Assembly (NCBI RefSeq): GCF_009914755.1
Contig: NC_060943.1
Origin: the human T2T-CHM13v2.0 reference genome, Homo sapiens
Length of the DNA stretch: 64,000 nucleotides
Strand: one strand, 5' to 3'
Each line of letters starts with the position of its first letter. Within the stretch, counting starts at the first letter, position 1. Shown one piece after another: positions 42,101-56,400 of this stretch. The notes beneath the pieces are model-generated. The model ran no database searches. It worked only from the letters and a program-made list of their open reading frames with translations, and was not told where the DNA came from. The translations under genes and the position numbers were made by a program.

Positions 42101-45100
42101 CAAGTGGATATTCAGACTTCTTTGAGGCCTTCGTTGGAAGCGGGATTTCTTCATATTCTGCTAGACAGAAGAATTCTCAGTAACTTCCTTGTGTTGTGTG
42201 TATTCAACTCACAGAGTTGAACGATCCTTTACACAGAGCAGACTTGAAACACTCTTTTTGTGGAATTTGCAAGTGGAGATTTCAGCCGCTTTGAGGTCAA
42301 TGGTAGAGTAGGAAATATCTTCCTATAGAAACTAGACAGAATGATTCTCAGAAACTCCTTTGTGATGTGTGCGTTCAACTCACAGAGTTTAACCTTTCTT
42401 TTCATAGAGCAGTTGGGAAACACTCTGTTTGTAAAGTCTGCAAGTGGATATTCAGACATCCTTGAGGCTTTCGTTGGAAACGGGATTTCTTCATATTCTG
42501 CTAGAAAGAAGAATTCTCAGTAACTTCCTTGTGTTGTGTGTATTCAACTCACAGAGTTGAACGATCCTTTACACAGAGCAGACTTGAAACACTCTTTTTG
42601 TGGAATTTGCAAGTGGAGATTTCAGCCGCTTTGAGTTCAATGGTAGAATAGGAAATATCTTCCTATAGAAACTAGACAGAATGATTCTCAGAAACTCCTT
42701 TGTGATGTGTGCGTTCAACTCACAGAGTTCAACCTTTCTTTTCATAGAGCAGTTGGGAAACACTCTGTAAAGTCTGCAAGTGGATATTCAGACTTCTTTG
42801 AGGCCTTCGTTGGAAGCGGGATTTCTTCATATTCTGCTAGACAGAAGAATTCTCAGTAACTGCCTTGTGTTGTGTGTATTCAACTCACAGAGTTGAACGA
42901 TCCTTTACACAGAGCAGACTTGAAACACTCTTTTTGTGGAATTTGCAAGTGGAGATTTCAGCCGCTTTGAGGTCAATGGTAGAATAGGAAATATCTTCCT
43001 ATAGAAACTAGACAGAATGATTCTCAGAAACTCCTTTGTGATGTGTGCGTTCAACTCACAGAGTTTAACCTTTCTTTTCATAGAGCAGTTAGGAAACACT
43101 CTGTTTGTAAAGTCTGCAAGTGGATATTCAGACCTCCTTGAGGCCTTCGTTGGAAACGGGATTTCTTCATATTATGCTAGACAGAAGAATTCTCAGTAAC
43201 TTCCTTGTGTTGTGTGTATTCAACTCACAGAGTTGAACGATCCTTTACACAGAGCAGACTTGAAACACTCTTTTTGTGGAATTTGCAAGTGGAGATTTCA
43301 GCCGCTTTGAGGTCAATGGTAGAATAGGAAATATCTTCCTATAGAAACTAGACAGAATGATTCTCAGAAACTCCTTTGTGATGTGTGCGTTCAACTCACA
43401 GAGTTCAACCTTTCTTTTCATAGAGCAGTTGGGAAACACTCTGTTTGTAAAGTCTGCAAGTGGATATTCAGACTTCTTTGAGGCCTTCGTTGGAAGCGGG
43501 ATTTCTTCATATTCTGCTAGACAGAAGAATTCTCAGTAACTGCCTTGTGTTGTGTTTATTCAACTCACAGAGTTAAACGATCCTTTACACAGAGCAGACT
43601 TGAAACACTCTTTTTGTGGAATTTGCAAGTGGAGATTTCAGCCGCTTTGAGGTCAATGGTAGAATAGGAAATATCTTCCTATAGAAACTAGACAGAATGA
43701 TTCTCAGAAACTCCTTTGTGATGCGTGCGTTCAACTCACAGAGTTTAACCTTTCTTTTCATAGAGCAGTTAGGAAACACTCTGTTTGTAAAGTCTGCAAG
43801 TGGATATTCAGACATCCTTGAGGCTTTCGTTGGAAACGGGATTTCTTCATATTCTGCTAGAAAGAAGAATTCTCAGTAACTTCCTTGTGTTGTGTGTATT
43901 CAACTCACAGAGTTGAACGATCCTTTACACAGAGCAGACTTGAAACACTCTTTTTGTGGAATTTGCAAGTGGAGATTTCAGCCGCTTTGAGGTCAATGGT
44001 AGAATAGGAAATATCTTCCTATAGAAACTAGACAGAATGATTCTCAGAAACTCCTTTGTGATGTGTGCGTTCAACTCACAGAGTTTAACCTTTCTTTTCA
44101 TAGAGCAGTTGGGAAACACTCTGTTTGTAAAGTCTGCAAGTGGATATTCAGACATCCTTGAGGCTTTCATTGGAAACGGGATTTCTTCATATTCTGCTAG
44201 AAAGAAGAATTCTCAGTAACTTCCTTGTGTTGTGTGTATTCAACTCACCGAGTTGAACGATCCTTTACACAGAGCAGACTTGAAACACTCTTTTTGTGGA
44301 ATTTGCAAGTGGAGATTTCAGCCGCTTTGAGGTCAATGGTAGAATAGGAAATATCTTCCTATAGAAACTAGACAGAATGATTCTCAGAAACTCCTTTGTG
44401 ATGTGTGCGTTCAACTCACACAGTTTAACCTTTCTTTTCATAGAGCAGTTAGGAAACACTCTGTTTGTAAAGTCTGCAAGTGGATATTCAGACCTCCTTG
44501 AGGCCTTCGTTGGAAACGGGATTTCTTCATATTATGCTAGACAGAAGAATTCTCAGGAACTTCCTTGTGTTGTGTGTATTCAACTCACAGAGTTGAACGA
44601 TCCTTTACACAGAGCAGACTTGAAACACTCTTTTTGTGGAATTTGCAAGTGGAGATTTCAGCCGCTTTGAGTTCAATGGTAGAATAGGAAATATCTTCCT
44701 ATAGAAAGTACACAGAATGATTCTCAGAAACTGCTTTGTGATGTGTGCGTTCAACTCACAGAGTTCAACCTTTCTTTTCATAGAGCAGTTGGGAAACACT
44801 CTGTTTGTAAAGTCTGCAAGTGGATATTCAGACTTCTTTGAGGCCTTCGTTGGAAGCGGGATTTCTTCATATTCTGCTAGACAGAAGAATTCTCAGTAAC
44901 TTCCTTGTGTTGTGTGTATTCAACTCACAGAGTTGAACGATCCTTTACACAGAGCAGACTTGAAACACTCTTTTTGTGGAATTTGCAAGTGGAGATTTCA
45001 GCCGCTTTGAGGTCAATGGTAGAATAGGAAATATCTTCCTATAGAAACTAGACAGAATGATTCTCAGAAACTCCTTTGTGATGTGTGCATTCAACTCACA

Positions 45101-46756
45101 GAGTTCAACCTTTCTTTTCATAGAGCAGTTGGGAAACACTCTGTTTGTAAAGTCTGCAAGTGGATATTCAGACTTCTTTGAGGCCTTCGTTGGAAGCGGG
45201 ATTTCTTCATATTCTGCTAGACAGAAGAATTCTCAGTAACTGCCTTGTGTTGTGTGTATTCAACTCACAGAGTTGAACGATCCTTTACACAGAGCAGACT
45301 TGAAACACTCTTTTTGTGGAATTTGCAAGTGGAGATTTCAGCCGCTTTGAGGTCAATGGTAGAATAGGAAATATCTTCCTATAGAAACTAGACAGAATGA
45401 TTCTCAGAAACTCCTTTGTGATGTGTGCGTTCAACTCACAGAGTTTAACCTTTCTTTTCATAGAGCAGTTAGGAAACACTCTGTTTGTAAAGTCTGCAAG
45501 TGGATATTCAGACCTCCTTGAGGCCTTCGTTGGAAACGGGTTTTCTTCATATTATGCTAGACAGAAGAATTCTCAGTAACTTCCTTGTGTTGTGTGTATT
45601 CAACTCACAGAGTTGAACGATCCTTTACACAGAGCAGACTTGAAACACTCTTTTTGTGGAATTTGCAAGTGGAGATTTCAGCCGCTTTGAGGTCAATGGT
45701 AGAATAGGAAATATCTTCCTATAGAAACTAGACAGAATGATTCTCAGAAACTCCTTTGTGATGTGTGCGTTCAACTCACAGAGTTCAACCTTTCTTTTCA
45801 TAGAGCAGTTGGGAAACACTCTGTTTGTAAAGTCTGCAAGTGGATATTCAGACTTCTTTGAGGCCTTCGTTGGAAGCGGGATTTCTTCATATTCTGCTAG
45901 ACAGAAGAATTCTCAGTAACTGCCTTGTGTTGTGTGTATTCAACTCACAGAGTTGAACGATCCTTTACACAGAGCAGACTTGAAACACTCTTTTTGTGGA
46001 ATATGCAAGTGGAGATTTCAGCCGCTTTGAGGTCAATGGTAGAATAGGAAATATCTTCCTATAGAAACTAGACAGAATGATTCTCAGAAACTCCTTTGTG
46101 ATGTGTGCGTTCAACTCACAGAGTTTACCCTTTCTTTTCATAGAGCAGTTAGGAAACACTCTGTTTGTAAAGTCTGCAAGTGGATATTCAGACATCCTTG
46201 AGGCTTTCGTTGGAAACGGGATTTCTTCATATTCTGCCAGAAAGAAGAATTCTCAGTAACTTCCTTGTGTTGTGTGTATTCAACTCACAGAGTTGAACGA
46301 TCCTTTACACAGAGCAGACTTGAAACACTCTTTTTGTGGAATTTGCAAGTGGAGATTTCAGCCGCTTTGAGGTCAATGGTAGAATAGGAAATATCTTCCT
46401 ATAGAAACTAGACAGAATGATTCTCAGAAACTCCTTTGTGATGTGTGCGTTCAACTCACAGAGTTTAACCTTTCTTTTCATAGAGCAGTTAGGAAACACT
46501 CTGTTTGTAAAGTCTGCAAGTGGATATTCAGACATCCTTGAGGCTTTCGTTGGAAACGGGATTTCTTCATGTTCTGCTAGAAAGAAGAATTCCCAGTAAC
46601 TTCCTTGTGTTGTGTGTATTCAACTCACAGAGTTGAACGATCATTTACACAGAGCAGACTTGAAACACTCTTTTTGTGGAATTTGCAAGTGGAGATTTCA
46701 GCCGCTTTGAGGTCAATGGTAGAATAGGAAATATCTTCCTATAGAAACTAGACAGA

Positions 46757-49700
46757 ATGATTCTCAGAAACTCCTTTGTGATGTGTGCGTTCAACTCACA
46801 CAGTTTAAACTTTCTTTTCATAGAGCAGTTAGGAAACACTCTGTTTGTAAAGTCTGCAAGTGGATATTCAGACCTCCTTGAGGCCTTCGTTGGAAACGGG
46901 ATTTCTTCATATTATGCTAGACAGAAGAATTCTCAGGAACTTCCTTGTGTTGTGTGTATTCAACTCACAGAGTTGAACGATCCTTTACACAGAGCAGACT
47001 TGAAACACTCTTTTTGTGGAATTTGCAAGTGGAGATTTCAGCCGCTTTGAGGTCAATGGTAGAATAGGAAATATCTTCCTATAGAAAGTACACAGAATGA
47101 TTCTCAGAAACTGCTTTGTGATGTGTGCGTTCAACTCACAGAGTTCAACCTTTCTTTTCATAGAGCAGTTGGGAAACACTCTGTTTGTAAAGTCTGCAAG
47201 TGGATATTCAGACTTCTTTGAGGCCTTCGTTGGAAGCGGGATTTCTTCATATTCTGCTAGACAGAAGAATTCTCAGTAACTTCCTTGTGTTGTGTGTATT
47301 CAACTCACAGAGTTGAACGATCCTTTACACAGAGCAGACTTGAAACACTCTTTTTGTGGAATTTGCAAGTGGAGATTTCAGCCGCTTTGAGGTCAATGGT
47401 AGAATAGGAAATAACTTCCTATAGAAACTAGACAGAATGATTCTCAGAAACTCCTTTGTGATGTGTGCGTTCAACTCACAGAGTTCAACCTTTCTTTTCA
47501 TAGAGCAGTTGGGAAACACTCTGTTTGTAAAGTCTGCAAGTGGATATTCAGACTTCTTTGAGGCCTTCGTTGGAAGCGGGATTTCTTCATGTTCTGCTAG
47601 ACAGAAGAATTCTCAGAAACTTCCTTGTGTTGTGTGTTTTCAACTCACAGAGTTGAACGATCCTTTACACAGAGCAGACTTGAAACACTCCTTTTGTGGA
47701 ATTTGCAAGTGGAGATTTCAGCGGCTTTGAGGTCAATGGTAGAATAGGAAATATCTTCCTATAGAAAGTAGACAGAATGATTCTCAGAAACTCCTTTGTG
47801 ATGTGTGCGTTCAACTCACAGAGTTTAACCTTTCTTTTCATAGAGCAGTTAGGAAACACTCTGTTTGTAAAGTCTGCAAGTGGATATTCAGACCTCCTTG
47901 AGGCCTTCGTTGGAAACAGGATTTCTTCATATTCTGCTAGACAGAAGAATTCTCAGTAACTTCCTTGTGTTGTGTGTATTCAACTCACAGAGTTGAACGA
48001 TCCTTTACACAGAGCAGACTTGAAACACTCTTTTTGTGGAATTTGCAAGTGGAGATTTCAGCCGCTTTGAGGTCAATGGTAGAATAGGAAATATCTTCCT
48101 ATAGAAACTAGACAGAATGATTCTCATAACTCCTTTGTGATGTGTGCGTTCAACTCACAGAGTTCAACCTTTCTTTTCATAGAGCAGTTGGGAAACACTC
48201 TGTTTGTAAAGTCTGCAAGTGGATATTCAGACTTCTTTGAGGCCTTCGTTGGAAGCGGGATTTCTTCATATTCTGCTAGACAGAAGAATTCTCAGTAACT
48301 GCCTTGTGTTGTGTGTATTCAACTCACAGAGTTGAACGATCCTTTACACAGAGAAGACTTGAAACACTCTTTTTGTGGAATTTGCAAGTGGAGATTTCAG
48401 CCGCTGTGAGGTCAATGGTAGAATAGGAAATATCTTCCTATAGAAACTAGACAGAATGATTCTCAGAAACTCCTTTGTGATGTGTGCGTTCAACTCACAG
48501 AGTTCAACCTTTCTTTTCATAGAGCAGTTGGGAAACACTCTGTTTGTAAAGTCTGCAAGTGGATATTCAGACTTCTTTGAGGCCTTCGTTGGAAGCGGGA
48601 TTTCTTCATATTCTGCTAGACAGAAGAATTCTCAGTAACTGCCTTGTGTTGTGTGTATTCAACTCACAGAGTTGAACGATCCTTTACACAGAGCAGACTT
48701 GAAACACTCTTTTTGTGGAATTTGCAAGTGGAGATTTCAGCCGCTTTGAGGTCAATGGTAGAATAGGAAATATCTTCCTATAGAAACTAGACAGAATGAT
48801 TCTCAGAAACTCCTTTGGGATGTGTGCGTTCAACTCACAGAGTTTAACCTTTCTTTTCATAGAGCAGTTAGGAAACACTCTGTTTGTAAAGTCTGCAAGT
48901 GGATATTCAGACATCCTTGAGGCTTTCGTTGGAAACGGGATTTCTTCATATTCTGCTAGAAAGAAGAATTCTCAGTAACTTCCTTGTGTTGTGTGTATTC
49001 AACTCACAGAGTTGAACGATCCTTTACACAGAGCAGACTTGAAACACTCTTTTTGTGGAACTTGCAAGTGGAGATTTCAGCCGCTTTGAGGTCAATGGTA
49101 GAATAGGAAATATCTTCCTATAGAAACTAGACAGAATGATTCTCAGAAACTCCTTTGTGATGTGTGCGTTCAACTCACAGAGTTTAACCTTTCTTTTCAT
49201 AGAGCAGTTGGGAAACACTCTGTTTGTAAAGTCTGCAAGTGGATATTCAGACATCCTTGAGGCTTTCGTTGGAAAAGGGATTTCTTCATATTCTGCTAGA
49301 AAGAAGAATTCTCAGTAACTTCCTTGTGTTGTGTGTTTTCAACTCACAGAGTTGAACGATCCTTTACACAGAGCAGACTTGAAACACTCCTTTTGTGGAA
49401 TTTGCAAGTGGAGATTTCAGCCGCTTTGAGGTCAATGGTAGAATAGGAAATATCTTCCTATAGAAACTAGACAGAATGATTCTCAGAAACTCCTTTGTGA
49501 TGTGTGCGTTCAACTCACAGAGTTCAACCTTTCTTTTCATAGAGCAGTTGGGAAACACTCTGTTTGTAAAGTCTGCAAGTGGATATTCAGACTTCTTTGA
49601 GGCCTTCGTTGGAAGCGGGATTTCTTCATGTTCTGCTAGACAGAAGAATTCTCAGAAACTTCCTTGTGTTGTGTGTTTTCAACTCACAGAGTTGAACGAT

Positions 49701-52700
49701 CCTTTACACAGAGCAGACTTGAAACACTCCTTTTGTGGAATTTGCAAGTGGAGATTTCAGCCGCTTTGAGGTCAATGGTAGAATAGGAAATATCTTCCTA
49801 TAGAAACTAGACAGAATGATTCTCATAACTCCTTTGTGATGTGTGCGTTCAACTCACAGAGTTCAACCTTTCTTTTCATAGAGCAGTTGGGAAACACTCT
49901 GTTTGTAAAGTCTGCAAGTGGATATTCAGTCTTCTTTGAGGCCTTCGTTGGAAGCGGGATTTCTTCATATTCTGCTAGACAGAAGAATTCTCAGTAACTG
50001 CCTTGTGTTGTGTGTATTCAACTCACAGAGTTGAACGATCCTTTACACAGAGCAGACTTGAAACACTCTTTTTGTGGAATTTGCAAGTGGAGATTTCAGC
50101 CGCTTTGAAGTCAATGGTAGAATAGGAAATATCTTCCTATAGAAACTAGACAGAATGATTCTCAGAAACTCCTTTGTGATGTGTGCGTTCAACTCACAGA
50201 GTTTAACCTTTCTTTTCATAGAGCAGTTAGGAAACACTCTGTTTGTAAAGTCTGCAAGTGGATATTCAGACCTCCTTGAGGCCTTCGTTGGAAACGGGAT
50301 TTCTTCATATTATGCTAGACAGAAGAATTCTCAGGAACTTCCTTGTGTTGTGTGTATTCAACTCACAGAGTTGAACGATCCTTTACACAGAGCAGACTTG
50401 AAACACTCTTTTTGTGGAATTTGCAAGTGGAGATTTCAGCCGCTTTGAGTTCAATGGTAGAATAGGAAATATCTTCCTATAGAAAGTACACAGAATGATT
50501 CTCAGAAACTGCTTTGTGATGCGTGCGTTCAACTCACAGAGTTCAACCTTTCTTTTCATAGAGCAGTTGGGAAACACTCTGTTTGTAAAGTCTGCAAGTG
50601 GATATTCAGACTTCTTTGAGGCCTTCGTTGGAAGCGGGATTTCTTCATATTCTGCTAGACAGAAGAATTCTCAGTAACTTCCTTGTGTTGTGTGTATTCA
50701 ACTCACAGAGTTGAACGATCCTTTACACAGAGCAGACTTGAAACACTCTTTTTGTGGAATTTGCAAGTGGAGATTTCAGCCGCTTTGAGGTCAATGGTAG
50801 AATAGGAAATATCTTCCTATAGAAACTAGACAGAATGATTCTCAGAAACTCCTTTGTGATGTGTGCGTTCAACTCACAGAGTTCAACCTTTCTTTTCATA
50901 GAGCAGTTGGGAAACACTCTGTTTGTAAAGTCTGCAAGTGGATATTCAGACTTCTTTGAGGCCTTCGTTGGAAGCGGGATTTCTTCATGTTCTGCTAGAC
51001 AGAAGAATTCTCAGAAACTTCCTTGTGTTGTGTGTTTTCAACTCACAGAGTTGAACGATCCTTTACACAGAGCAGACTTGAAACACTCCTTTTGTGGAAT
51101 TTGCAAGTGGAGATTTCAGCGGCTTTGAGGTCAATGGTAGAATAGGAAATATCTTCCTATAGAAAGTAGACAGAATGATTCTCAGAAACTCCTTTGTGAT
51201 GTGTGCGTTCAACTCACAGAGTTTAACCTTTCTTTTCATAGAGCAGTTAGGAAACACTCTGTTTGTAAAGTCTGCAAGTGGATATTCAGACCTCCTTGAG
51301 GCCTTCGTTGGAAACAGGATTTCTTCATATTCTGCTAGACAGAAGAATTCTCAGTAACTTCCTTGTGTTGTGTGTATTCAACTCACAGAGTTGAACGATC
51401 CTTTACACAGAGCAGACTTGAAACACTCTTTTTGTGGAATTTGCAAGTGGAGATTTCAGCCGCTTTGAGTTCAATGGTAGAATAGGAAATATCTTCCTAT
51501 AGAAACTAGACAGAATGATTCTCATAACTCCTTTGTGATGTGTGCGTTCAACTCACAGAGTTCAACCTTTCTTTTCATAGAGCAGTTGGGAAACACTCTG
51601 TTTGTAAAGTCTGCAAGTGGATATTCAGACTTCTTTGAGGCCTTCGTTGGAAGCGGGATTTCTTCATATTCTGCTAGACAGAAGAATTCTCAGTAACTGC
51701 CTTGTGTTGTGTGTATTCAACTCACAGAGTTGAACGATCCTTTACACAGAGAAGACTTGAAACACTCTTTTTGTGGAATTTGCAAGTGGAGATTTCAGCC
51801 GCTGTGAGGTCAATGGTAGAATAGGAAATATCTTCCTATAGAAACTAGACAGAATGATTCTCAGAAACTCCTTTGTGATGTGTGCGTTCAACTCACAGAG
51901 TTCAACCTTTCTTTTCATAGAGCAGTTGGGAAACACTCTGTTTGTAAAGTCTGCAAGTGGATATTCAGACTTCTTTGAGGCCTTCGTTGGAAGCGGGATT
52001 TCTTCATATTCTGCTAGACAGAAGAATTCTCAGTAACTGCCTTGTGTTGTGTGTATTCAACTCACAGAGTTGAACGATCCTTTACACAGAGCAGACTTGA
52101 AACACTCTTTTTGTGGAATTTGCAAGTGGAGATTTCAGCCGCTTTGAGGTCAATGGTAGAATAGGAAATATCTTCCTATAGAAACTAGACAGAATGATTC
52201 TCAGAAACTCCTTTGTGATGTGTGCGTTCAACTCACAGAGTTTAACCTTTCTTTTCATAGAGCAGTTAGGAAACACTCTGTTTGTAAAGTCTGCAAGTGG
52301 ATATTCAGACATCCTTGAGGCTTTCGTTGGAAACGGGATTTCTTCATATTCTGCTAGAAAGAAGAATTCTCAGTAACTTCCTTGTGTTGTGTGTATTCAA
52401 CTCACAGAGTTGAACGATCCTTTACACAGAGCAGACTTGAAACACTCTTTTTGTGGAACTTGCAAGTGGAGATTTCAGCCGCTTTGAGGTCAATGGTAGA
52501 ATAGGAAATATCTTCCTATAGAAACTAGACAGAATGATTCTCAGAAACTCCTTTGTGATGTGTGCGTTCAACTCACAGAGTTTAACCTTTCTTTTCATAG
52601 AGCAGTTGGGAAACACTCTGTTTGTAAAGTCTGCAAGTGGATATTCAGACATCCTTGAGGCTTTCGTTGGAAAAGGGATTTCTTCATATTCTGCTAGAAA

Positions 52701-53440
52701 GAAGAATTCTCAGTAACTTCCTTGTGTTGTGTGTTTTCAACTCACAGAGTTGAACGATCCTTTACACAGAGCAGACTTGAAACACTCCTTTTGTGGAATT
52801 TGCAAGTGGAGATTTCAGCCGCTTTGAGGTCAATGGTAGAATAGGAAATATCTTCCTATAGAAACTAGACAGAATGATTCTCAGAAACTCCTTTGTGATG
52901 TGTGCGTTCAACTCACAGAGTTCAACCTTTCTTTTCATAGAGCAGTTGGGAAACACTCTGTTTGTAAAGTCTGCAAGTGGATATTCAGACTTCTTTGAGG
53001 CCTTCGTTGGAAGCGGGATTTCTTCATGTTCTGCTAGACAGAAGAATTCTCAGAAACTTCCTTGTGTTGTGTGTTTTCAACTCACAGAGTTGAACGATCC
53101 TTTACACAGAGCAGACTTGAAACACTCCTTTTGTGGAATTTGCAAGTGGAGATTTCAGCCGCTTTGAGGTCAATGGTAGAATAGGAAATATCTTCCTATA
53201 GAAACTAGACAGAATGATTCTCATAACTCCTTTGTGATGTGTGCGTTCAACTCACAGAGTTCAACCTTTCTTTTCATAGAGCAGTTGGGAAACACTCTGT
53301 TTGTAAAGTCTGCAAGTGGATATTCAGTCTTCTTTGAGGCCTTCGTTGGAAGCGGGATTTCTTCATATTCTGCTAGACAGAAGAATTCTCAGTAACTGCC
53401 TTGTGTTGTGTGTATTCAACTCACAGAGTTGAACGATCCT
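46757..53440 (+). repeat. 10-dimer (3398 bp) tandem duplication, about 2 copies
   Basis: GCGGCT, AACAGG, GAGAAGACT/GCTGTGAG, GAACTTGC, AAAAGGG and CAGTCTT variants repeat at offset 3398 (47437/50835, 49136/52534). Confidence 0.85.
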
Positions 53441-56400
53441 TTACACAGAGCAGACTTGAAACACTCTTTTTGTGGAATTTGCAAGTGGAGATTTCAGCCA
53501 CTTTGAGTTCAATGGTAGAATAGGAAATATCTTCCTATAGAAAGTACACAGAATGATTCTTAGAAACTGCTTTGTGATGTGTGCGTTCAACTCACAGAGT
53601 TCAACCTTTCTTTTCATAGAGCAGTTGGGAAACACTCTGTTTGTAAAGTCTGCAAGTGGATATTCAGACTTCTTTGAGGCCTTCGTTGGAAGCGGGATTT
53701 CTTCATGTTCTGCTAGACAGAAGAATTCTCAGAAACTTCCTTGTGTTGTGTGTTTTCAACTCACAGAGTTGAACGATCCTTTACACAGAGCAGACTTGAA
53801 ACACTCCTTTTGTGGAATTTGCAAGTGGAGATTTCAGCCGCTTCGAGGTCAATGGTAGAATAGGAAATATCTTCCTATAGAAACTAGACAGAATGATTCT
53901 CATAACTCCTTTGTGATGTGTGCGTTCAACTCACAGAGTTCAACCTTTCTTTTCATAGAGCAGTTGGGAAACACTCTGTTTGTAAAGTCTGCAAGTGGAT
54001 ATTCAGTCTTCTTTGAGGCCTTCGTTGGAAGCGGGATTTCTTCATATTCTGCTAGACAGAAGAATTCTCAGTAACTGCCTTGTGTTGTGTGTATTCAACT
54101 CACAGAGTTGAACGATCCTTTACACAGAGCAGACTTGAAACACTCTTTTTGTGGAATTTGCAAGTGGAGATTTCAGCCGCTTTGAAGTCAATGGTAGAAT
54201 AGGAAATATCTTCCTATAGAAACTAGACAGAATGATTCTCAGAAACTCCTTTGTGATGTGTGCGTTCAACTCACAGAGTTTAACCTTTCTTTTCATAGAG
54301 CAGTTAGGAAACACTCTGTTTGTAAAGTCTGCAAGTGGATATTCAGACCTCCTTGAGGCCTTCGTTGGAAACGGGATTTCTTCATATTATGCTAGACAGA
54401 AGAATTCTCAGGAACTTCCTTGTGTTGTGTGTATTCAACTCACAGAGTTGAACGATCCTTTACACAGAGCAGACTTGAAACACTCTTTTTGTGGAATTTG
54501 CAAGTGGAGATTTCAGCCGCTTTGAGTTCAATGGTAGAATAGGAAATATCTTCCTATAGAAAGTACACAGAATGATTCTCAGAAACTGCTTTGTGATGTG
54601 TGCGTTCAACTCACAGAGTTCAACCTTTCTTTTCATAGAGCAGTTGGGAAACACTCTGTTTGTAAAGTCTGCAAGTGGATATTCAGACTTCTTTGAGGCC
54701 TTCGTTGGAAGCGGGATTTCTTCATATTCTGCTAGACAGAAGAATTCTCAGTAACTTCCTTGTGTTGTGTGTATTCAACTCACAGAGTTGAACGATCCTT
54801 TACACAGAGCAGACTTGAAACACTTTTTGTGGAATTTGCAAGTGGAGATTTCAGCCGCTTTGAGGTCAATGGTAGAATAGGAAATATCTTCCTATAGAAA
54901 CTAGACAGAATGATTCTCAGAAACTCCTTTGTGATGTGTGCGTTCAACTCACAGAGTTCAACCTTTCTTTTCATAGAGCAGTTGGGAAACACTCTGTTTG
55001 TAAAGTCTGCAAGTGGATATTCAGACTTCTTTGAGGCCTTCGTTGGAAGCGGGATTTCTTCATGTTCTGCTAGACAGAAGAATTCTCAGAAACTTCCTTG
55101 TTTTGTGTGTTTTCAACTCACAGAGTTGAACGATCCTTTACACAGAGCAGACTTGAAACACTCCTTTTGTGGAATTTGCAAGTGGAGATTTCAGCGGCTT
55201 TGAGGTCAATGGTAGAATAGGAAATATCTTCCTATAGAAAGTAGACAGAATGATTCTCAGAAACTCCTTTGTGATGTGTGCGTTCAACTCACAGAGTTTA
55301 ACCTTTCTTTTCATAGAGCAGTTAGGAAACACTCTGTTTGTAAAGTCTGCAAGTGGATATTCAGACCTCCTTGAGGCCTTCGTTGGAAACAGGATTTCTT
55401 CATATTCTGCTAGACAGAAGAATTCTCAGTAACTTCCTTGTGTTGTGTGTATTCAACTCACAGAGTTGAACGATCCTTTACACAGAGCAGACTTGAAACA
55501 CTCTTTTTGTGGAATTTGCAAGTGGAGATTTCAGCCGCTTTGAGTTCAATGGTAGAATAGGAAATATCTTCCTATAGAAACTAGACAGAATGATTCTCAT
55601 AACTCCTTTGTGATGTGTGCGTTCAACTCACAGAGTTCAACCTTTCTTTTCATAGAGCAGTTGGGAAACACTCTGTTTGTAAAGTCTGCAAGTGGATATT
55701 CAGACTTCTTTGAGGCCTTCGTTGGAAGCGGGATTTCTTCATATTCTGCTAGACAGAAGAATTCTCAGTAACTGCCTTGTGTTGTGTGTATTCAACTCAC
55801 AGAGTTGAACGATCCTTTACACAGAGAAGACTTGAAACACTCTTTTTGTGGAATTTGCAAGTGGAGATTTCAGCCGCTGTGAGGTCAATGGTAGAATAGG
55901 AAATATCTTCCTATAGAAACTAGACAGAATGATTCTCAGAAACTCCTTTGTGATGTGTGCGTTCAACTCACAGAGTTCAACCTTTCTTTTCATAGAGCAG
56001 TTGGGAAACACTCTGTTTGTAAAGTCTGCAAGTGGATATTCAGACTTCTTTGAGGCCTTCGTTGGAAGCGGGATTTCTTCATATTCTGCTAGACAGAAGA
56101 ATTCTCAGTAACTGCCTTGTGTTGTGTGTATTCAACTCACAGAGTTGAACGATCCTTTACACAGAGCAGACTTGAAACACTCTTTTTGTGGAATTTGCAA
56201 GTGGAGATTTCAGCCGCTTTGAGGTCAATGGTAGAATAGGAAATATCTTCCTATAGAAACTAGACAGAATGATTCTCAGAAACTCCTTTGGGATGTGTGC
56301 GTTCAACTCACAGAGTTTAACCTTTCTTTTCATAGAGCAGTTAGGAAACACTCTGTTTGTAAAGTCTGCAAGTGGATATTCAGACATCCTTGAGGCTTTC

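Noticed and set aside
45525-45541. CENP-B box variant ending CGGGT
   Set aside because: The change is at the last, non-core position, so it was not counted as a defective box.
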